From a virus (Duplodnaviria; Caudoviricetes), in IMG/VR virus record IMGVR_UViG_3300011989_000005, positions 70,183 to 134,182 of that record: a DNA stretch of 64,000 nucleotides; one strand, given 5' to 3'. Positions 57,538 through 64,000 of this stretch are shown piece after piece. The notes under the pieces were generated by a model. The model was given only the letters and a program-made list of their open reading frames with translations, made no database searches and was not told where the DNA came from. The position numbers and the translations under genes are program-made. The stretch's first letter is position 1, and every line of letters starts with the position of its first letter.

Positions 57538-58218
57538 TTATTTTTGTTCAGTAGGCTGCGGCAGTGCCGCAGCTTCCTCCGCAGCATCCTCTCCCTTGCT
57601 CTTGGCGGCCATTGTCTCCACCATGCGGTTGATGTTGCCCTCCTTCTCGTCCACGAAGCCGCCATACTTTGCAATGATGCGCTTCATCTCCCGGTCATCC
57701 ACGTCCTCCTTGGTCTCGTCCACGTCCTTCACGCTCGTCGTCACCACGGGCGGCAGGAATGCCATCCTGCCCATATCCACGCGCTCTTCCTCCGGCTTAT
57801 CCAGCCCGGCCACCTCATACAGCCTCTTCGAGCCTTTGTCGAGCGCCGTCACGTTGTCGGTCTCCAAACCTATCTGTATCATCTTCTCGGCGGCGTGGCG
57901 CACCTTTATCTCGTCCTGGCGGCGCGAACCCGACTGCAGGTGGTCCACCACGAACTCGAAGAGCATCTTGTCCTTCTGTGCGGCATGGGTTATCTCGGTC
58001 ACGCCGGCGTACTTGCCCGACTGCTTCACCAGCTGGCGCAGCAGCTGGTAGTAGTCGAGCATGGGGTTCTTTATCCACACCCAATAGACATGCACCACGC
58101 GGCTCAGCCGGTCCTTATGTTCCCGCCGCATGTCGAGGTCGTCGATGGGCACCCCGTTCTGGAAGTGCAGCAGTGCCCCCGACATCAGCGATTGTGACAT
58201 TCCTGTTTCTCTTGCCAT
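57538..58218 (-). CDS. Putative terminase small subunit
   Basis: 226 aa helical ORF directly upstream of the large subunit. Confidence 0.55.
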   Translation of the reverse strand: MARETGMSQSLMSGALLHFQNGVPIDDLDMRREHKDRLSRVVHVYWVWIKNPMLDYYQLLRQLVKQSGKYAGVTEITHAAQKDKMLFEFVVDHLQSGSRRQDEIKVRHAAEKMIQIGLETDNVTALDKGSKRLYEVAGLDKPEEERVDMGRMAFLPPVVTTSVKDVDETKEDVDDREMKRIIAKYGGFVDEKEGNINRMVETMAAKSKGEDAAEEAAALPQPTEQK

Positions 58219-58264
58219 AGTCTCGTCTCGTTTTTGTGTTTCTGTGTTGCCGTTCGGTAAGCCC

Positions 58265-59053
58265 TCATATCCCCGCCACGAACTCCGCCCACCGGTGGCT
58301 GTCGTTCTTGCGGGTGGTCTGCTTCCCTGCGGTATCGAAGAGGGGACCGTCGTTCCAGCCTGACACCCCAGGGCATAGCTTGCCCGTCACGTCGTAGTGG
58401 CGGATGACGCGCTCGCGGGGTATGTCGTAGGCCATCATCAGGAAACGCACCAGTCGCAGCGTGCGGTCCACCACGCGGTCGCTCAGCGTCCAGCCCTCGT
58501 GGTTGGGAGCTGCCGCCGACGTTCCCTTGGCGAGCGTTGAGCACATCTCGATGCTCACGGTGTTGCGGTTCACGGCCTTGCCCGAGAGCCGTGCGCCGCC
58601 CGTCCAGGGGTTGCGCTTGTCGCCCACGGCCCAGCAGTAGTAGCTGTCGATGTCGGGGTTCACCAGCACCGTCTGCTCGTCGTCCACCACGAAGTCGGCA
58701 CTCGCAGGCCGCTGCATGAACACGTTGCGGTTGGTCATCGCCGCCCCGCGACGGCTCGACGCCCCAGCGGTGTAGTGTATGGCGATGTATTTCACCTCGC
58801 GACCCGGTGCAAACGTGATGTGCTGCCTGATGTGCGCCTCCGTCAGCGTTACGCCCGTCAGCCGTGCCAGCGTCTTCTGCCCCGCCATGCCGTCAGCCGT
58901 CAGATGCTCTGCCTGTTGGAATGCCGTCACCGCCGCCACCGTCCGTGCCCCGTATTCGCCGTCAGCCGTCAGCTGGTAGCCCCGCTGCAGCAGCAGACGC
59001 TGCAACAGTTGCACGCTCTCCCCCCTGCTCCCTTTCTTATATACTTTTGCCAT
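58265..59053 (-). CDS. Endolysin: peptidoglycan-binding domain plus N-acetylmuramoyl-L-alanine amidase
   Basis: ADGEYGART..AVTAFQ PG-binding motif; IAIHYT, SIEMC and IRHYDVTGKLCP. Confidence 0.92.
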   Translation of the reverse strand: MAKVYKKGSRGESVQLLQRLLLQRGYQLTADGEYGARTVAAVTAFQQAEHLTADGMAGQKTLARLTGVTLTEAHIRQHITFAPGREVKYIAIHYTAGASSRRGAAMTNRNVFMQRPASADFVVDDEQTVLVNPDIDSYYCWAVGDKRNPWTGGARLSGKAVNRNTVSIEMCSTLAKGTSAAAPNHEGWTLSDRVVDRTLRLVRFLMMAYDIPRERVIRHYDVTGKLCPGVSGWNDGPLFDTAGKQTTRKNDSHRWAEFVAGI

Positions 59054-59081
59054 AGTCTTTATTTCGTTTTTGTGTTTGTGT

Positions 59082-59345
59082 TCACAATTCGTCTATTTTG
59101 TGTTGTATGTCTGATAAATCATTTTGTATATCGGAACGCACGGCTTTTAGAGCTTCGTATATTCTCTTTGGCATGCGATGAAGTTTCATCTTATTTTCGC
59201 CTGAATGCCATCCCGTTACTGTGAAGTCTACCACCACATCGTCCGGGTTTACTTTCAGGATTTCGTCGTACTGACTTAACTCCTGTAGTTTGACTGCCTT
59301 CTGGCTCAGAAGTTCTTGCAGCTGCTTGATTGTTTCTTCTGTCAT
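59082..59345 (-). CDS. Hypothetical protein
   Basis: 87 aa ORF. Confidence 0.65.
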   Translation of the reverse strand: MTEETIKQLQELLSQKAVKLQELSQYDEILKVNPDDVVVDFTVTGWHSGENKMKLHRMPKRIYEALKAVRSDIQNDLSDIQHKIDEL

Positions 59346-59372
59346 ATTGCCTTAAATTTTTGATAATTTCTT

Positions 59373-59966
59373 TCAGTTAAACCACCTCACCTCCGGTGCT
59401 CCCTTATATCCCTTCTCCCAAACGAACCACGCATACGCCGTGGCGCGCCATGGTGAATGCTCGAAGTCCCCGTTCTTAGCGCACAGCAGCCGTGCATGGC
59501 TGACCCAAATACGTCGGGGGGGGTGATTTTCAAACAGCGCCGCCCGGCGTTTCCCTTCGAGAAACGTCAGCTTCAGGAACATCGCCACCTTCCTGCCCCC
59601 CGGGATGATCGCCAGCGCCTTCTCCACGAACTCCTGCGCAAAGGAATAGGGCGGGTTCGTCACGATGTCACCCTCCCAGTGGGTATTGTCGGCAGAAAGG
59701 AAATCAGCCACCTCGCCATACCCACGGTCTGCCAGGTCACGGCTCACCACCTCGTACCCCGCCCTGATGAGTTGCCGCGAGATATGCCCCTCGCCACAAC
59801 TCGGCTCCAGTATCGGTCCGTCGAAGTGCTCGATGCGACAGAGCCAGTCCGTCGCCGCCGGTTCCGTGGCGTAGTAGTCGAGGTCCGCCCGCTCATGCTC
59901 GCAGTGGCTCGATGCCCCGATAGTCTTGAAAGTGGAAGCCGCGCCTCCTTTCCAGTCTCTCGCCAT
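59373..59966 (-). CDS. DNA amino-methyltransferase (N6-adenine type)
   Basis: DYYATEP, LEPSCGEG SAM-binding motif and VTNPPY catalytic motif. Confidence 0.85.
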   Translation of the reverse strand: MARDWKGGAASTFKTIGASSHCEHERADLDYYATEPAATDWLCRIEHFDGPILEPSCGEGHISRQLIRAGYEVVSRDLADRGYGEVADFLSADNTHWEGDIVTNPPYSFAQEFVEKALAIIPGGRKVAMFLKLTFLEGKRRAALFENHPPRRIWVSHARLLCAKNGDFEHSPWRATAYAWFVWEKGYKGAPEVRWFN

Positions 59967-59972
59967 AGTCTT

Positions 59973-60206
59973 TTAAGTGAAGAGTGAAGAATGAAGAATG
60001 AAGAATTTGCTACCGCACATCACGAACAGCGTGAGCATCAGCAGGAAAAGGATAGCGGCCACGACATAGAATGCCTTGCGCCATGTATCGCGCTGGCTCT
60101 CCATGTGCATACGCTCGATGTCGGCACGCAGAAACTTGTGCCATACTTTCATATAGTCCTCGTCGTCCAGCCTCGGACACGGGATGTCTGGTACTTTTAC
60201 CGTCAT
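59973..60206 (-). CDS. Small membrane protein; C-terminus derived from a repeat
   Basis: One hydrophobic helix; ends GSKFFILHSSLFT, encoded by the heptamer repeat. Confidence 0.6.
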   Translation of the reverse strand: MTVKVPDIPCPRLDDEDYMKVWHKFLRADIERMHMESQRDTWRKAFYVVAAILFLLMLTLFVMCGSKFFILHSSLFT

Positions 60207-60284
60207 ACTCTTTCACAGTTTTGTAGTTCACAAGATTGTGAAGAATGAAGAGCGGTAGCAATTTTTTCACTCTTCACTCTTCAC

Positions 60285-60962
60285 TTACTTAAATGCCGGA
60301 TCGTAATCGCGTATCTCGCCCGTCACCGCGTCTATAAACAGCACGTCGTCCACATCGCCGAAAGTCCACTGAGGGTTACAGTCCTTGGGGCCAACTGGCA
60401 GGCGCAGAATGATAAAGTTGCAGTCCTTGGGAAGAATACCGTTCCACTCCTTCAGTCGAATCAATGCCTGCTCGGCACTGAGCTTGATGGGCTTGTCGCT
60501 CATGTCCTTGTCCTCAATCCACACGTCGTTGATAGGCCAGGGGATTTGCGTGCCGTCTTTTACGTGGTCGGTGATATACTGCACCTGCGGGCCGCGCTGG
60601 TTGTCCCAGTAGAAGAATACATCCCTGATGCTGACCACGTGCAGGTCGTCGATGTTCTCCATCGTCACAGTGTCGTTCAGTATCACGAGGCTGTTGCGCC
60701 ACTGGTACTTGCCGTTCAGGGCAATCGTGTGCCCCTCGTCCTGCAGGTGCTGAATCAGCGAGTACATCGTCTGCCTGTGTAGCGCCTGGATATGACCCAC
60801 GCCAGCCGTGAAGTCCTGTACGACGCCATCATAATCATGATAAACCACCACGGGGTCATCAATCTTCGGGGTCTTCCCCTTGCAGCCGTTGCAGCTGCAC
60901 ACGAGGGTCATCACTGCCAACAGCAGCACCCCCATCACTTTTCCGAAAAAATCCTTTTTCAT
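60285..60962 (-). CDS. Lipoprotein with PepSY-like C-terminus
   Basis: Signal peptide ...MTLVCSC; C-terminal FIDAVTGEI. Confidence 0.7.
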   Translation of the reverse strand: MKKDFFGKVMGVLLLAVMTLVCSCNGCKGKTPKIDDPVVVYHDYDGVVQDFTAGVGHIQALHRQTMYSLIQHLQDEGHTIALNGKYQWRNSLVILNDTVTMENIDDLHVVSIRDVFFYWDNQRGPQVQYITDHVKDGTQIPWPINDVWIEDKDMSDKPIKLSAEQALIRLKEWNGILPKDCNFIILRLPVGPKDCNPQWTFGDVDDVLFIDAVTGEIRDYDPAFK

Positions 60963-60991
60963 TGTCGTTAAAAATTAAGTTAATACTATAG

Positions 60992-61246
60992 CTATTCAGC
61001 CTTAAAAACGTTTCCCGTTGTGCTGCACGTTACCTCCCACCGTTGTCCGTAGAGCGGACTGATTGGGTTTGTCGGCCATATCGTCGGCACAATCTGCGGT
61101 ACATACTGCACTTCATTCTGCTTGTCAACAATGAATGACAGGAGAAAGAAGTAGTCATCGTCACTGAGGGTGGGCGTACCATCGTCAAACCCTTTTGCTT
61201 TGAGGTTGTTTAGGATTTCAATCCCTTTACGCTGTTGTTCTGTCAT
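60992..61246 (-). CDS. Hypothetical protein
   Basis: 84 aa ORF. Confidence 0.65.
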   Translation of the reverse strand: MTEQQRKGIEILNNLKAKGFDDGTPTLSDDDYFFLLSFIVDKQNEVQYVPQIVPTIWPTNPISPLYGQRWEVTCSTTGNVFKAE

Positions 61247-61289
61247 AATTCGTATAATTCGTTAAATTCGTGGTAGAAATAAAATCCGT

Positions 61290-61721
61290 TCAATCCGTGT
61301 CATCCGTGGTCGAAACTTCTTCGGCGGTCTCCCACCCCGTGTCCGGCACGAAGTCCTCCCGCTCCTTCAGATACATCACCCGCTGCCCGCCCAGCCAGTG
61401 CCACCGGAATCCATGCCCTATCAGTTTCTGTTCCGCTGCCGGCCACGGGTCGCCCCAGTCGATAGAGGCCCTGAGTCCCATCGCGTCGCGCAACTGGCTC
61501 ACGCTCATCACCTCCACGTCGAGTCCGAACTCCGGCATCGAGATCCACCTTTTGGCAAACTCCTCCACCGCCATCCGCACGTTCTCCTTCAGTGCGTCGA
61601 TGTCCGTCACCTTCTGTGGCGCTTTCTCTTCGTCGTTCTGTGCCATATTCCTATGTATATACGGCAGGGCTTCCTCCATGGTCTTGAAGGTCATCCAGCC
61701 GGTCTTTTCTTTCTTGCTCAT
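61290..61721 (-). CDS. Hypothetical protein
   Basis: 143 aa ORF. Confidence 0.7.
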   Translation of the reverse strand: MSKKEKTGWMTFKTMEEALPYIHRNMAQNDEEKAPQKVTDIDALKENVRMAVEEFAKRWISMPEFGLDVEVMSVSQLRDAMGLRASIDWGDPWPAAEQKLIGHGFRWHWLGGQRVMYLKEREDFVPDTGWETAEEVSTTDDTD

Positions 61722-62028
61722 AGCGTATCGTCGACTTTCAGGTCGTCACTCCTCCATTCCTCACACACCATCCTCCCATTCACCCGCATGTCGGGATTGA
61801 GCAAGCACCCCCGCTGTCCGTCGCTGTCCTGCGTCTTGTTCTGGCAGTTCAGGCAGCATTTCCTATCCGTCTCTTCCATATCGTTCTTTTTCTTTTGTGG
61901 CCGCCTGTCGGCTCGAAATTTTATTTAGAATTGATGTTTAGAATTTTATTTAGAATTTATGCGGTAGCCATTTTAAATCGTATTATAAATAAGAATTTTA
62001 AATACCATTTCAAGTGTAGCGCCCAATA

Positions 62029-62589
62029 TTACTCCCCGTCACCGTCCGACTCCGTTCCCGGCACATCTCCGGCGGGCAGTTCATCCTCCTCTGGCATAAA
62101 GTCCTCCGGGTCCAGCTCGTCATCCACGCAGAGTTCTATCGGCTCCCTTCTCTCAAACTGTATCATCTCCGCTGCCCATCCGTCCTCCAGAGGTCCTATT
62201 GGCTCCACGTACAGGCGGTCTTCCAGATTAATGCGCCCGAAATCTCCGTTCGGCGAGTCCTCCTCGTGCCTTTTCTTCAGCCACGCATAGAAGCGCATCG
62301 CGTGACGCGCCGCTTCCTTATACGCCACCGCCAGCGCGTCGCTGTCCTCCAGCCGCTCTGCCCTCACGAAGAAATACACAGGGTAGTTCCACGTTGCCAG
62401 TCCGTCATCTATCTCGCCCTGTTCCCCTGCCTCCATCACAACACAGGGCGAGAACTTTGTAGAAATACTCTTCGGCATCGACCTCACGCCGTCAATGCTT
62501 TTAGCGATGTAGAACCGTCGGTTCTTTCTTCTGTCGCGCATCGGCGGATATCTTTTACACCAACTGCGCACTATCGAATAAAAAGTCAT
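62029..62589 (-). CDS. Hypothetical protein, possibly tail-completion type
   Basis: 186 aa; SPCVVME and PIGPLEDGW segments; acidic tail. Confidence 0.6.
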   Translation of the reverse strand: MTFYSIVRSWCKRYPPMRDRRKNRRFYIAKSIDGVRSMPKSISTKFSPCVVMEAGEQGEIDDGLATWNYPVYFFVRAERLEDSDALAVAYKEAARHAMRFYAWLKKRHEEDSPNGDFGRINLEDRLYVEPIGPLEDGWAAEMIQFERREPIELCVDDELDPEDFMPEEDELPAGDVPGTESDGDGE

Positions 62590-62617
62590 AGTCTATTCCG
62601 TTTTTGTGTTGTTATCG

Positions 62618-62688
62618 TTGGCCGTACAGGGGTCGAACCCACACTTCATGAGCCAGAGTCATGCGTGCTACCATTACACCAACAGCCA
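62618..62688 (-). tRNA. tRNA-Gln (anticodon CTG)
   Basis: Cloverleaf TGGCTGT/ACGGCCA acceptor, GTGT/GCAC D stem, CATGA-CTCTGGC-TCATG anticodon arm, TTCGACC T loop; no encoded CCA. Confidence 0.85.
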
Positions 62689-62697
62689 ATCTTGTTT

Positions 62698-63954
62698 TTA
62701 TTTTCCCGTCTCAGCGTTTTCGCCCTTTGTCCCGTCGTCGCTCTCTTTCTTCACGCCGTCCGCGTCAGCCCCGTGCTCGTCGGTATTTCCGCCGATGTCA
62801 ATCCCGAAGTGCTTTGCCGCCTCCAGAATCTTCTCGTCCACCAGAGCCTTCTCCTTCGGCTCCAGCGTCAGATATTCCTGCCAGTTCACGCGCCATTGTT
62901 CGATGCGTTTCTCACGATCCTTCCCCTCCTTGCCGCGCCGCAGGTCGATGAGCCACTTACGCAGTTCCCTGCGCCGCTTCTTCTGTTCGCTGGTAAGCTC
63001 CGCAGGCTCCCGCTCTCCGCCTTCACCGTCAGCCGATGTGCAGTCCTCGTTCAGTGCCGCGTCGCATTGCGACGTGGGAACAAGATGTGCCATCCCCAGG
63101 TCGTCAATCATCACGCGCCCGCTCTCCGCCACCTTCTCCCACTCCCGGTCCAGCTCGTCGCGTATCGCCCGTATCTTCTTGTCGAGCTTCGTCGCCTGCT
63201 TTGCCCACTGCTCTCTGCTCTTTGCGCTCGCATGGTCATCGTCCATCAGCAGTTGCATATTATCTCGTGCCTCGCCCAACTGCCGCATCAGTTCCCCATA
63301 TCCCGCAGCCCTCTCCTGCGTCTCTTTCGGCAACAGGTGAACATACTGGTCGATATGCTTCGGACGGACCGGCACCACAGCACACTGAACCCTCACCGTG
63401 TCCGTCGCCGCATCATACTCCGTCCCTACCGTCTTAATCATCGGCAGCGGCTTCCCCGTCTGTGCCGCCTCAGTGCCCTGCTGTTTTGCAGAAGGAGATG
63501 ATACTGCCCCCGCCCCTACAGGGGTGGGGAGTGCCTGCGGTTTGCCCGCTCCGGCTCCGGCGGCGCGTTTTGGCTCTTGGTTGTAGTGCGCAGCCGCTCC
63601 CCTTCCGCTTGTATTATGTGCGGTGACCTTTGACGGCGGTAGCAAATTCTCCACTCTTAACTCTTCACTCTTCACTTCCGACAAGACGCTCACGACTTGT
63701 CGGATTGCCCGGTATGCAGACTTTATATAGATCTGCGTCGGCAGCCACGTCTCAGCCACCGCCACCATTGACGACATCAGACTGATGCCATCCGTCATAG
63801 CCTTACAGTCCTCTGCCGTCCACCGTGTCGTGACCGTCATTAAGTTCTGGCTCCGTGCCAGCGGTCTGTCCGTCAGCGTCAGCAGCCGCATGCCGTCGCG
63901 CACCAGCCACTCCCCCACCCTGCCGACGAACGCTTTGCGTTCCTCCGCCGTCAT
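62698..63954 (-). CDS. Hypothetical phage protein
   Basis: 418 aa ORF with a low-complexity middle and RPKHIDQYVHLLP segment. Confidence 0.8.
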   Translation of the reverse strand: MTAEERKAFVGRVGEWLVRDGMRLLTLTDRPLARSQNLMTVTTRWTAEDCKAMTDGISLMSSMVAVAETWLPTQIYIKSAYRAIRQVVSVLSEVKSEELRVENLLPPSKVTAHNTSGRGAAAHYNQEPKRAAGAGAGKPQALPTPVGAGAVSSPSAKQQGTEAAQTGKPLPMIKTVGTEYDAATDTVRVQCAVVPVRPKHIDQYVHLLPKETQERAAGYGELMRQLGEARDNMQLLMDDDHASAKSREQWAKQATKLDKKIRAIRDELDREWEKVAESGRVMIDDLGMAHLVPTSQCDAALNEDCTSADGEGGEREPAELTSEQKKRRRELRKWLIDLRRGKEGKDREKRIEQWRVNWQEYLTLEPKEKALVDEKILEAAKHFGIDIGGNTDEHGADADGVKKESDDGTKGENAETGK

Positions 63955-64000
63955 ATCATCGATCCCTTTCAGGTAATCACGTACAAGTATTTTCCTGATC

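Larger units (their letters stand above)
1..64000. mobile_element. Temperate tailed phage or prophage segment (long tape measure, Bacteroidales host inferred); ends not in window
   Basis: Terminase, portal-like gene, prohead protease, capsid, tape measure, amidase, repressor and primase-helicase in phage-like order; no host operons seen. Confidence 0.93.

Noticed and set aside
36916-58197. Long plus-strand ORFs opposite structural genes (36916, 40234, 45207, 47557, 53757, 57043)
   Set aside because: Antisense shadows expected from GC-rich third codon positions; no recognisable motifs or leaders
17345-59966. Restriction-modification system from the two methyltransferases
   Set aside because: No adjacent restriction endonuclease; both look like orphan phage methylases
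62618-62688. tRNA as an att site
   Set aside because: Phage-like genes continue on both sides; no integrase or duplicated tRNA 3' end was seen in the window
1-64000. Stop-codon reassignment (TAG to Gln) as in some Prevotella and crAss-like phages
   Set aside because: Long genes are intact in the standard code, TAG ends several genes, and the tRNA anticodon is CTG rather than CTA
1-64000. CRISPR array
   Set aside because: The repeats found are dispersed or short tandem units with no repeat-spacer periodicity, and no cas genes are present

Overview
The whole window reads as one temperate tailed phage or prophage of a Bacteroidales (Prevotella-like) host, judged from TAnnTTTG promoter boxes, A/C-rich leaders and Bacteroidetes-type lipoproteins. 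No host housekeeping flank, integrase or att site is visible. Layout: (i) 1-18770, minus strand: early, accessory and replication arm with a primase-helicase, a C5 methyltransferase and a phage-encoded IF-1; (ii) 18770-19610: repressor/Cro-like switch; (iii) 19677-25022, plus strand: fibre-like genes and a complete diversity-generating retroelement (target VR 21817-22003, MutS-like accessory gene, TR 22961-23147, RT); (iv) 25088-29110: structured RNA candidate, HTH gene and an uncharacterised six-gene cassette; (v) 29159-36279, plus strand: tail/baseplate-like genes; (vi) 36302-63954, minus strand: head, tail, packaging and lysis genes plus tRNA-Gln. Less obvious signals read directly from the DNA: eight copies of a late-promoter-like motif with exact spacing (TGCCCTTGA-N19-TAnnWT), nine copies of a Shine-Dalgarno-like junction motif (AAGGAGGACTGA) in the early arm, a two-frame M.EcoHK31I-like methyltransferase, and several dispersed hairpin and short-repeat families. 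All calls come from manual reading and motif recognition; no database search was run.
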